Positions 22,577 to 32,414 of a stretch of 64,000 nt of DNA are shown in pieces; position 1 is the stretch's first letter; every line of letters starts with the position of its first letter. This DNA is from Candidatus Latescibacterota bacterium. Lineage in GTDB: Bacteria > Latescibacterota > UBA2968 > UBA8231. The DNA is taken from positions 1,248,001 through 1,312,000 of the forward strand of contig OZ252098.1 of assembly GCA_965248355.1 (NCBI GenBank), read 5' to 3'. The position numbers and the translations under genes are program-made. The notes beneath the pieces are model-generated. The model ran no database searches. It was not told the origin of the DNA and saw only the letters and a list, made by a program, of their open reading frames with translations.

Positions 22577-24144
22577 GAAATCGCACCCTGCCCGGAGACC
22601 TCCAGCAGGGCCCGAGGGACCTGCTCGCAGATATCGCCGGCGCGCATCGACCAGGGCCCCAGCCCGTCGCGCGCGAGGTCTCCGGCGAGGCCGTGTATGT
22701 AGACGGCGCAGGCCGCCGCCGCCAGGGCCGGGACACCCTGGGCGAGGAGACCCGCCACCAGTCCGGTGAGCACGTCACCCGATCCGGCCGTGGCCATGCC
22801 CGCGTTGCCGGTGGGATTGACGAATGTGCGGCCGTCCGGGGCGGCGACCACGGTCGGCGCCCCCTTGAGCACGAGAACCACCGACCGGCCGGCGGCAAAC
22901 TCGGCTGCCAGCCCCAGGGGATCCTCCGCGATGCGGTCGGGGTCGCAGCCGCTGAGCCGCTGAAACTCCCCGGCGTGCGGCGTCAGCACCCTGTCCGGCG
23001 CCGGCCCCGGACTTGCCTCCGCCAGGGCATGCAGCGCGTCGGCGTCGACCACCGTCGGGGGCAGGTCGGGCCGGGAAAGCAGTCGTCGGACGAGCTCGCC
23101 TGTCTCTCCATGACGGCCGAGGCCGGGACCGATGGCCAGCGCCTGCGCCTTGTCCAAGAGCCGCAGCACCTCGCCGAGAGCCCTCAGGGAAAGGCACCGG
23201 GCCCGACGAACCTCCGGAAGGGGCCGGGTCATCACCTCCGTCAGCTTGGTCTCGAGGATGTCGTGGAGGCTCGCCGGCGCCCCGAGCCGCACGCGGCCGG
23301 CCCCGGCCCGCAGCGCCGCGTCGGCCGTCAGGCAGGCGGCTCCCGTCATCCCTTCGGAGCCCGCCACCACGGCGACCGCCCCGCAGGAACCCTTGTGAGC
23401 CACGGGGGATCGGCGTGGCAGGAGGCCGGCGATCCCTTCTCTCGTCAACAGATGGGAGGTGGCCGGACAGCGGGAGATGGCGCCCTCCGGGAAGCCGATG
23501 TCGACCAGCTCCAGAGCACCACAGTGGGCGCGGCCGGGGTGAAACATGTGACCCACCTTCACCAAGCCGAAGGTGACGGTCACCGCGGCTCGTACGCAGG
23601 CCCCCGCCACCGCGCCCGTGTCCGCCTGCACGCCGGACGGCAGGTCCACCGCCACCACCGGCCGGCCGCAGTCGTTGACGCTCTCGATGATCCGGGTCTC
23701 CCCTGCGCGGGGAGGACCTCTCAGGCCGGTGCCCAACAGGGCATCGATGACCAGGTCGGCCTCGCCGAGGGCCCCTGTCAGGTCCTCAGGGGGCGGACGG
23801 ACCACGGGTCCGGCCTCTGCCTCGAGCCGCTTGAGATGATGAGCTGCGTCGCCGCCGATCTCGCCCCGGGGCGCCGCCAGGTATACGGACGCGGGAACCC
23901 CCGCCTCCACCAGGCGGCGTCCGACGACGAATCCGTCGCCGCCGTTGTTGCCCTTGCCGCAGACGACGGCGACGCGCAGTCCCTCCAGGCCCGACCAGCG
24001 CTCCTGCACCGTCTGCACGACGCCGGCCCCGGCTCGCTCCATCAGCTCCGTTCCGGGTACCCCCATCTCGATCGAGAGGCGATCGATGGCCGACATCTGG
24101 CCCCCGGTCACCAGCTTCGGGAACTCCATGGGGTCCGTGTTCAT
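22573..24144 (-). CDS. nnr: bifunctional NAD(P)H-hydrate epimerase/dehydratase
   Basis: 'LMERAG', 'CGKGNNGGDG', 'DALLGTG', 'VDLPSG', 'IGPGLG', 'LTPHAGE', 'ATAGSGDVLTG'; start 24144 or 24129. Confidence 0.95.
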   Translation of the reverse strand: MNTDPMEFPKLVTGGQMSAIDRLSIEMGVPGTELMERAGAGVVQTVQERWSGLEGLRVAVVCGKGNNGGDGFVVGRRLVEAGVPASVYLAAPRGEIGGDAAHHLKRLEAEAGPVVRPPPEDLTGALGEADLVIDALLGTGLRGPPRAGETRIIESVNDCGRPVVAVDLPSGVQADTGAVAGACVRAAVTVTFGLVKVGHMFHPGRAHCGALELVDIGFPEGAISRCPATSHLLTREGIAGLLPRRSPVAHKGSCGAVAVVAGSEGMTGAACLTADAALRAGAGRVRLGAPASLHDILETKLTEVMTRPLPEVRRARCLSLRALGEVLRLLDKAQALAIGPGLGRHGETGELVRRLLSRPDLPPTVVDADALHALAEASPGPAPDRVLTPHAGEFQRLSGCDPDRIAEDPLGLAAEFAAGRSVVLVLKGAPTVVAAPDGRTFVNPTGNAGMATAGSGDVLTGLVAGLLAQGVPALAAAACAVYIHGLAGDLARDGLGPWSMRAGDICEQVPRALLEVSGQGAIS

Positions 24145-24157
24145 GCTAATAGCAGGC

Positions 24158-25399
24158 TCAGCCGTCGGTGAGTCCACGGAGGAGGAAGTCGGCATAGGTC
24201 CTGGCGGTCTGCACCAGATCGCGGAGGCTCACCCGCTCGTCGGCCCCATGGGCCCGCTCGCCGTTCACCCCGTATCCGATGCCGGGCAGACCGGCGTCGA
24301 CGAAATAGTGAAGGTCGGTGAACCCCGTCGTCACCCGGAATTCGACTGCATGTCGGCGCACGGCGCGCACGCTGCGAGCGAAGGACCGGGGCAGCACCCC
24401 GTCGCCATCGACCACGCACGGCTCGATCCGCAACAGCGACTGCACCCGGTGGCGAACCCCGGCTCGCGAGGCAGCCCTGGCCAGGGCCTCCACCAGCTCG
24501 GCCTCGGCGTCGGCCAGCCGCTCCCCGGGCAGTAGACGCCGGTCGATGGTGAAGAGCGCCCTTCCCGGGACGGTGTTCACCTTCTGGTCACGGCCGCCGC
24601 GAAAAACGCCCCCCACGTTGATCGTGGGCTGCCGGGTCCGTCCGTCGGGACCCTGCCAGCGCCGGGAGGAGTTGGCCAGTCTCCGTTTCACCGACCGCAG
24701 ATCATGGACCATCTGCGCAGTCTTCTCGAAGGCGTTGACGCCCCGCTCGGGACTGGAGGCGTGGGCCGACTTGCCCTCGACCTCCACCTCCAGCCAGAGG
24801 ACGCCGTTGTGCCCCAGTCCCACGCGGCTGCCCGACGCTCCCTCGCACTCCACCGCGTAGTCGGCCTTCACGAGCCCCTCCTTCACGATCCACCCCGCGC
24901 CCAGGGCGCCGCCGGTCTCCTCGTCGGCGGTGAAGGAGACTTCCACATTGACGGCGGGATCGACGCGGGCATGGCGCAGGGAATGCAGCGCACCAAGGAG
25001 CGCTGCGATCGAGCCCTTCATGTCTCCGGCGCCTCGTCCATACAGCCAGCCGCCCCGGGCGAACCCCTCGAAGGGAGGGGCCGTGCGCCAGTCGCCGGGT
25101 GCCACCGGCACGACGTCGTAGTGGGCGTTGAAGTGGACCGCCCGGTCGGCCCCGGCATCCCAGCGGGCGACGACGTTGTAGCGGGGATAGGCGGGATCGA
25201 TGCCGGCGGCTTCCACCTCGGCGTCGGGGACGCGGTGAACGGTGGGACGCATGCCCAGATCCCGGAGCCGGTCTTGCAAGTGCTCGGCCATCGACCGATA
25301 GCCCTCTCCCGGGGGGTTGACGGTGGCCATCCGCACCATCTTCCGAAGCTCTCTGGCCAGGCCCGCCCGGCGCTGATCCAGATGGTCCAGGGGGCTCAT
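24158..25399 (-). CDS. M20 family metallopeptidase (ArgE/DapE-like)
   Basis: 'NAHYDVVP', 'YGRGAGDMKG', 'ADEETGG', 'HASSP', 'AHGADE'. Confidence 0.9.
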   Translation of the reverse strand: MSPLDHLDQRRAGLARELRKMVRMATVNPPGEGYRSMAEHLQDRLRDLGMRPTVHRVPDAEVEAAGIDPAYPRYNVVARWDAGADRAVHFNAHYDVVPVAPGDWRTAPPFEGFARGGWLYGRGAGDMKGSIAALLGALHSLRHARVDPAVNVEVSFTADEETGGALGAGWIVKEGLVKADYAVECEGASGSRVGLGHNGVLWLEVEVEGKSAHASSPERGVNAFEKTAQMVHDLRSVKRRLANSSRRWQGPDGRTRQPTINVGGVFRGGRDQKVNTVPGRALFTIDRRLLPGERLADAEAELVEALARAASRAGVRHRVQSLLRIEPCVVDGDGVLPRSFARSVRAVRRHAVEFRVTTGFTDLHYFVDAGLPGIGYGVNGERAHGADERVSLRDLVQTARTYADFLLRGLTDG

Positions 25400-26568
25400 C
25401 CCTTCCCCTCCTCCCGCAGCTGGGTGGAACTCACGTCCAGGCGAAACTCGGACTCCGGGATCTCCTCGAGCAGGTCGGAGAACTCCCCGGGCACCCGGAC
25501 ATCGTCGAGCCCGCGGTATTCCCCCTCCCAGGTCCGGCCCGAGACCATGAAGCGGACCCCCAGATCGCGGAGCTCTCCAAGGGCCCGCTTCATGTCTTCG
25601 CGCTTGCCAGCGTAGTAGGCGGGCTCCAGGAGACGTAGCGCCGTGTCGAAGCCGATGGCGAACCAGCAGCCCGGGAAGATCCTGGCCTTGCCAAGGAAGG
25701 TCGGCTCACGAGTGAGCAACAGACTCCTCCCGCCCCGTGGCTGGTCCGCCCGGGCCAGGATTTCGCGGTAAGCCAGCGGGTTCTTGTCCACGTTCTCCAC
25801 GGAGAGCTCGAAGAAGGCCCTTCGGCCGCTGCGGCGCTCGGCCGCCGCCGCCAGCCCGGCGTGCCCGCCGTGGAAGGGGTTGAAGGAGCCGGGGACGATG
25901 ATCGCCCTCTCCGCTGACGGGTCCGGCCGGCCGGGGACCCCGGGCTCGTCCATCTCGACGGCTTCCAGACGCCCCTCCAGCAGGGCCTCGAGGGCTTCGT
26001 CAACGGCCGCAGCCGAACCCTCGACCCGGACCCAGGACGGCAGGACGGGTCTGCTTGCATCTTCGTCGACAGCGCCCGAAGCCGCGGCGCACCGGGCCAG
26101 GAGAACGGCACTGAGCACCTCCTCCTGGGAGAGCCGGTCAGAGGCCCCGGAGTCGAAACGGAGGCTGGCAAAGGAGTAGACGCGGGGTCCCCGGGTGCAC
26201 ACGAAGGCCTGGTCCCGGCCCTTGCGCACCCGGTCGGTGGCCAGGGCGGCCGTGGCGCCGACGCCGATGGCCCCGCCATTCCGGGAAAGACGCAGGGCCC
26301 GGCCCCGGGCCGTGGCGGCGAGAACCCGGGCCGTCTCCTCCCGTACTCGATGGGGACCGGGCCTGCCGAGATAGTCGGCCACCGCTTCGAGGAAATACGG
26401 CACCTGAACCTCGACCATGACACGCGATGCTCCGGGATGATTGAGCAGCCAACTGATCCCGCGGGAACCTCCGCCGGTGACCGCCACGGACAGGGGCCTG
26501 CCGGCCGCAAGGATGCCGTCCACCATGTCCCAGGCCCAGGTTTCGAGGTCGTCGGCCGAATCGGTCAC
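25396..26568 (-). CDS. CinA-like domain fused to a HIGH-motif nucleotidyltransferase
   Basis: N-terminal 'AVTGGGS...PGASR'; C-terminal 'PGSFNPFHGGH', 'ELSVENVDK', 'IGFDT', 'DVSSTQLR'; GTGA overlap with the upstream gene's stop. Confidence 0.7.
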   Translation of the reverse strand: MTDSADDLETWAWDMVDGILAAGRPLSVAVTGGGSRGISWLLNHPGASRVMVEVQVPYFLEAVADYLGRPGPHRVREETARVLAATARGRALRLSRNGGAIGVGATAALATDRVRKGRDQAFVCTRGPRVYSFASLRFDSGASDRLSQEEVLSAVLLARCAAASGAVDEDASRPVLPSWVRVEGSAAAVDEALEALLEGRLEAVEMDEPGVPGRPDPSAERAIIVPGSFNPFHGGHAGLAAAAERRSGRRAFFELSVENVDKNPLAYREILARADQPRGGRSLLLTREPTFLGKARIFPGCWFAIGFDTALRLLEPAYYAGKREDMKRALGELRDLGVRFMVSGRTWEGEYRGLDDVRVPGEFSDLLEEIPESEFRLDVSSTQLREEGKG

Positions 26569-27988
26569 AGCAGGCCGAAGAAGTCGATTACGCCGCGCAC
26601 GCCCCACCCGGTGAGGAACAGACCGCTCAGAATATTGAGGGCCAGGAGCAGCCGGCCCATGCGTAGCGCGGGCGGCAGCCGCGTGCGGTCGGTCCACACC
26701 ATCAACAGGCACCAGAGACCGCAGGTCAGCACGCCGCCGAAGATCGCCGCGGGCGTCACGATCTCCACCGGATTCCCGCCGAGCCACATGATGGCCACGC
26801 CGCCGATCCCGCAGTAGGCACGACCCACGGCCGCAGGCGCCGGAGAGGCATCCGGCGGATCCTGCGGAACAGGGGCCGCAGACACTCGTGGGTGGTTCGC
26901 ACGTAGAGTTCGTAGGCGCCGAGAATGGTGCCGAAGAACGCGGTGAAGACGCCGGCCTGGTACACGTACACCAGCTTGGGATGCAGCCCGGTCAGAAAGG
27001 CGGACTGCACCGACAGCAGCTGCAGCCCGGAGGGCACGATCTGCTGGGGATGCAGGAGCGCAGCGCCGAGGATCATGAAGGCCATGGTGAAGACCACCAC
27101 GCAGAGAAAGCTGCCCCCCGTGTCGGCCAGCGGGGCCCGCAGCCAGGCTCGTCCCCGGGCGATGTTGGTCTCGTCGTCTGCTATGGCGACACCCTCCCGT
27201 CCGCCCCGCGGGGGCCGGCCGAGAAGCCCCCACCCCTTCTCCCGGAGCATGCCGATGTAGCCGAAGTAGTCCTGGGTCCCGCCGCCGATGGCTCCGAGAT
27301 AGGTCCCGAGCTCGAGCCAGGGGGAACGCCCCGCGATGGCTGGGTATTTCGCGCTCACCCAGGGGTGGTAGGCGGGAAGAGACGGAACCAGACTTCCCTG
27401 CAACGCCGCGAGCCAGTCGGGACGGCACGCGAACATGGCCATCAGGATGAACAGGAGAAGGACACCGACGATCACCGTTTGCGTGCGCTCGAGTGCTCCG
27501 TAGCTCTGCACCAGGGTCAGGAGGATCGCGGCAGCGACGAACAGGGTACCCCAGACCCTCCCGTCGGACCACGGGCCCGTCCCGGCCTCGAGCCCCCCGA
27601 TCCAGACCACCAGGCCGCCGAGCATCTTGGGCAGCCCCGACAGCCACAGGGGGAAGCACAGGATCGTCATCGCCGACAGGACGTACACGGCCCAGCCCTC
27701 GGGGCCGGGAAGGTACTTCCAGCCCTCCATCGGATGCTCTCCGGTGAGGGTCATGTAGCGGGCGGCCGTATAGACCTGGACGAACTTCATCAGTCCGCCG
27801 CCGATGAAGCACCACAGCAGGGCGTACCCGAACAGGGCGCCGCCCCGGGAGGCGAAGACGGTCTCGCCGCTGCCGATGGTGACCGAGGCGATGATGGCGC
27901 CGGGTCCGAAGGACCGCAGGAGGGCTTCCACCCTCCGGCCGGTCAGCTGAGAAGGTGGTTCGGGGTAACGGTTGTCCACGGGGGCCAA
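26565..27988 (-). pseudogene. Nramp-like (YcsG-type) membrane transporter with a single frameshift near 26819
   Basis: 'FGPGAIIASVTIGSGE...GALFGYALLW'; '...RPWVV' continues in another frame as 'AYCGIGG...', and GTG/GCC share one G. Confidence 0.7.
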
Positions 27989-28044
27989 CGAAACCTGCGG
28001 TGCCAGAGGTTGTCAATCTCCTTCGCAGCGCGGATTATCTCATC

Positions 28045-28959
28045 ATGACCATCGATCGCGCCGTGATCCCGGTGGCCGGTCTCGGGACGCGGCTGCTGCC
28101 CACGACCAAGGCCGTGCCCAAGGAGATGCTGCCCGCGGGACGCCTGCCGATCATCCACCACGTCGTGGAGGAGCTGATCGCCGCCGGCATCCGCCGCATC
28201 CTGTTCGTCAGCAGTCGCCAGAAGGGGGCGATCGAGAACCACTTCGACGACTACTCGTCGCTCCTGATGCACCTGGAGCTCGACGGGCGCGACGTGCGCG
28301 AGATGGGCCGTTTCGACTACCGCCAGCGCGGTATCGAGTTCTTCTTCACCCGGCAGCAGGTACCTCTGGGCGAGACGAAGCCCCTCGGCACCGGAGACGC
28401 CGTCGCCTCGGCGGAGAGCTTCGTCGGCAGCTCCGACTTCGTCGTCGCCTACGGGGACAGCATCATCGCCTCCACGAACCCGCCCGGCCTCGTGGAGCGG
28501 ATGATCCGGTCCCACGGGAAGCACCGGTCCGCGTGCACCATCGGCGCCTGGGAGGTGACACAGAAGATGGTGAGCAACTACGGCATCCTGGTGCCCGATC
28601 CGAAGGAAGCCGACCCGGCCGACAGCCGCCTGGCCGACATCATCGAGAAGCCGGCTCCCGGGACCACGGACAGTCGACTGGCCGTGAGCGCCCGCTACGT
28701 GTTCACGCCGGAGATCTTCGACCGGATCCGCTCCGTAGCGCCCTCCGAAACCGGGGAGATCTACCTGACCGAGGCGATCCGCCGGCTGATCGAGGAGAGA
28801 CGAGAGGTCCGCGCCGTGCGGCTCCGGGAGGACGAGACGCGCTACGACATCGGCAACCACTCCGCCTACTTTCGGACATTCATCGACTTCGCTCTGAACG
28901 ACCCGGAGTGGGGAGAGGACACGGCCGAATACCTCGCCAGGAAGCTGGCCAGGCGGTAG
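28045..28959 (+). CDS. galU: UTP--glucose-1-phosphate uridylyltransferase
   Basis: 'AVIPVAGLGTRLLPTTKAVPKEMLP', 'LGTGDAV', 'IIEKP', 'GEIYLTEAI', 'RYDIG'. Confidence 0.88.
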   Translation: MTIDRAVIPVAGLGTRLLPTTKAVPKEMLPAGRLPIIHHVVEELIAAGIRRILFVSSRQKGAIENHFDDYSSLLMHLELDGRDVREMGRFDYRQRGIEFFFTRQQVPLGETKPLGTGDAVASAESFVGSSDFVVAYGDSIIASTNPPGLVERMIRSHGKHRSACTIGAWEVTQKMVSNYGILVPDPKEADPADSRLADIIEKPAPGTTDSRLAVSARYVFTPEIFDRIRSVAPSETGEIYLTEAIRRLIEERREVRAVRLREDETRYDIGNHSAYFRTFIDFALNDPEWGEDTAEYLARKLARR

Positions 28960-29054
28960 CCGGCACGGAGGACGGGCCGATCCATCCCCGGGGCCGAGCC
29001 GGACCGATGGGAGTCGATGCCCCGGTCCGCAGGCCGGCGACGCTGCCGTCGGCG

Positions 29055-29082
29055 TTGACAGCCATCGACCCCTCCATATCTT
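29055..29082 (+). promoter_or_regulatory. sigma70-type promoter for the reductase operon
   Basis: TTGACA-16 nt-TATCTT. Confidence 0.6.
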
Positions 29083-29131
29083 AACGCACTGATTTTCAAG
29101 GGAATAGGCCATCCGATCAGGTGGAAGAACC

Positions 29132-31405
29132 ATGAGTGAAGCCCTGAGTTGGAAGGCCCGGCTGGCGGATCTCGTCCGCGAGGATCTCGGCCGGGAGATC
29201 GACATCTTCGAGACCGAGATCGAGTTGCGCAGGCAGGGCAAGATCGACGAGGCCCTGTTTGCCGAGACGCGTCTGCGCCGGGGTGTGTACGGCCAGCGCT
29301 ACGACAACGGAACTCGCTTCGATGGCCGGGAAACACAGGAGCTGGGATACCCAGAGGAAAACACGAAGGGTCCCAATACCCTGTGGCACGCTCCGGGGAT
29401 GCAGCGCATCAAGATCCCCTTCGGCGGCCTGACGACCCGGCAGATGGAGGTGCTGGCCGATCTCGCCGAGGAATACTCCGACTCCATCATCCACATCACG
29501 ACGCGGCAGGACGTGCAGTTGCACTACGTCCACATCGACGACACCATCGACCTGATGAGGCGTCTCGCCGCCGTGGGTATCACCACGCGCGAGGCCTGCG
29601 GCAACTCGGTGCGGAACGTCACCGCCTGCCCGCTGGCCGGTGTCTGCCGGACCGAGACCTTCGATGTCACCCCCTACAGCCAGGCCTTGGCCCGGTTCCT
29701 CCTCGGCCACCCCGACGTCCAGGACTTCGGACGCAAGGTCAAGATCGCTTTCAGCGGCTGCCGCGACGAGGCCTGCGGTCTGGTGAACATGCACGACATG
29801 GGCGGCGTCGCCGTGACGCGCACCGTCGACGGAGAGATGCGGCGCGGCTTCGAGCTCTACGTCGGGGGCGGCCTGGGCGCCGTACCCCATCAGGCGAAGC
29901 TCTTCGACGAGTTCGTCAGCGAAGGGGAGTTGCTGCCCATCTGCCAGGCCATCGGCCGGGTCTTCGCCCGTCTCGGAGAGAAGCGCAATCGCGCCCGTGC
30001 GCGCCTGAAGTTCCTGGTGGCCAAGCTCGGCATCGACGAGTTCAAGCGGCTGGTCCTCGAGGAACGGGAGAAGCTGCCTCACGACCCCCGCTGGACGGCC
30101 TACCTCGACCACCTCGAAGAGACCGACGAAGAGCCCCTCCATCCCGGCCGGTCCCTGAACGGCGCCGAGCTGCCGGAGGGGTTCGAGGACTGGTATCGCA
30201 CCAATGTCTACCGCCAGCGCCAGTCCGGCCACATGGTGGCTACCGTCCATCTGCCTCTGGGCGACCTGACCTCCGGGCAGCTGCGGGAGCTGGCCGCCAT
30301 CGCCCGGCGCCATGTCATGGACACGATCCGGACCACGGTGGAGCAGAACATCGTCCTGCGCTGGGTGAGCGAGGCGGAGCTGCCCTCTCTCTACGCGGAG
30401 TTGAAGGACTTCGGCCTCGCCGCCTCGGCGGCGGGCACCATCGTCGATGTCACCGCCTGCCCGGGCACCGACACCTGCAAGCTTGGCATCGCCTCCTCCC
30501 GGGGCCTAGCCGGCGAGCTGCGCCAGCGTCTCGGCGAGCGCTTCCACAGCCTCGACGAGGCCGTCCAGGGCCTGCGCATCAAGGTCAGCGGCTGCTTCAA
30601 TTCCTGCGGCCAGCACCATGTGGCCGACATCGGCTTCTACGGGATCAGCCGCAAGGTCAACGGCCTTGCGGTCCCCCACTTCCAGGTAATCCTCGGGGGC
30701 CGCTGGAGGGAGAATGCCGGTTCCTTCGGTCTGGCCATGGCCGCGGTGCCGTCCAGGAACATCCCCCTCGTCGTCGACCGGCTGACCCAGCGCTACGTGG
30801 AGGACCGCAACGGCAACGAGTCCTTCCAGGACTTCGTCGGCCGCGTCGGCAAGCGCCAGGTCAAGTCGATGCTCGACGACCTGGCGCGGGTGCCCACGTA
30901 CGAGGAGGACATCTCCTACTACCGGGACTGGGGTGACACCCGGGAGTTCACCATCGACGACATGGGCAAGGGCGAGTGCGCCGGCGAGGTCGTGCCTCTC
31001 GCCCATTTCGAGTTGACCGCCGCCGAGCGCGTGGTCTTCGAGGCCCAGGTCATGCTCGACGAAGGTGACCCGGCCAAGGCCTACGCCGCGGCTTTCCAGG
31101 CCATGGTTCAGGCCGCCCGGGCCCTTGTGCGCACCCAATGGCTCGATGTCGGCGAATCGGCCCACAGCGTCGTTCCGGAGTTCCGCACCCGCTTCGTCGA
31201 CACCGAGTTGTTCCTCGATACCTACGCCAAGGACAAGTTCGCCCGCTATCTGTTCCGCCTTCACGAGCATCCGAACCCGTCGCCCACAAAGGACGACGCC
31301 CACCGGGCGATCGAGGAGGCCCAGCTTTTCATCGAAGCCGCCTTCGCCTGCTACAGTCGCATCTCCGACGCCGCCCAGGCCGCAAGGACGGCGGTGCCCG
31401 CCTGA
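29132..31405 (+). CDS. ferredoxin-dependent nitrite/sulfite reductase (siroheme-[4Fe-4S]) with C-terminal HEPN-like helical domain
   Basis: 'RLRRGVYGQR', 'MQRIKIPFG', 'HITTRQDVQLH', 'TACPGTDTC', 'KVSGCFNSCGQH'; about 130-aa helical tail after 'GKGECAGE'. Confidence 0.9.
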   Translation: MSEALSWKARLADLVREDLGREIDIFETEIELRRQGKIDEALFAETRLRRGVYGQRYDNGTRFDGRETQELGYPEENTKGPNTLWHAPGMQRIKIPFGGLTTRQMEVLADLAEEYSDSIIHITTRQDVQLHYVHIDDTIDLMRRLAAVGITTREACGNSVRNVTACPLAGVCRTETFDVTPYSQALARFLLGHPDVQDFGRKVKIAFSGCRDEACGLVNMHDMGGVAVTRTVDGEMRRGFELYVGGGLGAVPHQAKLFDEFVSEGELLPICQAIGRVFARLGEKRNRARARLKFLVAKLGIDEFKRLVLEEREKLPHDPRWTAYLDHLEETDEEPLHPGRSLNGAELPEGFEDWYRTNVYRQRQSGHMVATVHLPLGDLTSGQLRELAAIARRHVMDTIRTTVEQNIVLRWVSEAELPSLYAELKDFGLAASAAGTIVDVTACPGTDTCKLGIASSRGLAGELRQRLGERFHSLDEAVQGLRIKVSGCFNSCGQHHVADIGFYGISRKVNGLAVPHFQVILGGRWRENAGSFGLAMAAVPSRNIPLVVDRLTQRYVEDRNGNESFQDFVGRVGKRQVKSMLDDLARVPTYEEDISYYRDWGDTREFTIDDMGKGECAGEVVPLAHFELTAAERVVFEAQVMLDEGDPAKAYAAAFQAMVQAARALVRTQWLDVGESAHSVVPEFRTRFVDTELFLDTYAKDKFARYLFRLHEHPNPSPTKDDAHRAIEEAQLFIEAAFACYSRISDAAQAARTAVPA

Positions 31406-31986
31406 TGGCCGTGGATCTTCAGCGCCTGAACGTCAAGTTCTACCTGGAATCGGGGTGCCGCCTGTCTCCGGAAGAGGCCTTCCGCGTCTTCAGCCAATGG
31501 ATTCCCGAGCCAGAGGACGAACTCCTCATCGACGTGGCCGACTACAGCCACATCGAGCGGGGGCCGAAGACCGTGCTCGTCGGCCACGACGCCAACTACG
31601 TGCTCGACAACACCGACGGCCGCCTGGGCCTGCTTTACGGCCGCAAGACGGAGACGAACGGTGCGACGGGAGAGAGGCTGCGCGGCGCCTTCGCCGCCGC
31701 CCTCAAGGCCTGCCGCCGCCTGGAAGAGCATCCGGACGTGGCCGGGAGAGTGCGGTTTCGCGGCTCCGAGGCCTTGCTCATCATCAACGATCGCCTGCGA
31801 ACCCCCAACACCGAGGAGACCCTGGAAGCCTTGCGCGGCGATCTCGACGCCTTCCTCGGCAAGCTCTTTCCCGACGAGTCGGTCCGGATTCAACGCGACC
31901 CGGACGGACGCGAGCGTCTGACCCTCCGGATCGAGGCCCAGGAGAACCACCCCATCGCTTCCCTGCTGGACCGCCTCGATGCCTGA
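31405..31986 (+). CDS. uncharacterised protein translationally coupled to the reductase
   Basis: TGATG overlap; 'LQRLNVKFY...WI...ELLIDVADYSH...GP...LVGHDANY.LDNTDGRLGLLY.RK'; normal codon usage. Confidence 0.8.
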   Translation: MAVDLQRLNVKFYLESGCRLSPEEAFRVFSQWIPEPEDELLIDVADYSHIERGPKTVLVGHDANYVLDNTDGRLGLLYGRKTETNGATGERLRGAFAAALKACRRLEEHPDVAGRVRFRGSEALLIINDRLRTPNTEETLEALRGDLDAFLGKLFPDESVRIQRDPDGRERLTLRIEAQENHPIASLLDRLDA

Positions 31987-32029
31987 CCACGGGGTCCCGC
32001 CGGCCTTGTTCGAGCCCTCCCGGATCGAG

Positions 32030-32058
32030 TTGACAGTTTTCTCGGTCCTCTCTAGATA
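32030..32058 (+). promoter_or_regulatory. ferredoxin promoter
   Basis: TTGACA-17 nt-TAGATA. Confidence 0.6.
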
Positions 32059-32121
32059 TAGGTCCGGTTCGCGGCTGGAATGCCCCCGTGACCGGAAAGG
32101 CTGACCGGAGATTAAGGATTC

Positions 32122-32376
32122 ATGACCTACATCATCGCCGAACCCTGCATCGACGTGAAGGACAAGGCTTGCGTCGAGGTATGCCCGGTGGACTGCATCC
32201 ATCCAGTGGACGGCGAAGGGGTTCCCATGCTCTACATCGACCCCGACGAGTGCATCGACTGCGGGGCCTGCGAGCCCGAGTGCCCCGTGGAAGCGATCTT
32301 TGCCGAAGAGGACTTGCCGGAAGAGTGGAACAAATATCTCGAGATCAACGCCGCCTACTTCAGGGATCAACAGTAG
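32122..32376 (+). CDS. fdxA: 7Fe-type ([3Fe-4S][4Fe-4S]) ferredoxin
   Basis: '[25 protein letters not shown]' and '[16 protein letters not shown]'. Confidence 0.93.
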   Translation: MTYIIAEPCIDVKDKACVEVCPVDCIHPVDGEGVPMLYIDPDECIDCGACEPECPVEAIFAEEDLPEEWNKYLEINAAYFRDQQ

Positions 32377-32414
32377 GCGTCCTCCCGGGTTTTCCACCGA
32401 CTCGACCAGCGGAT

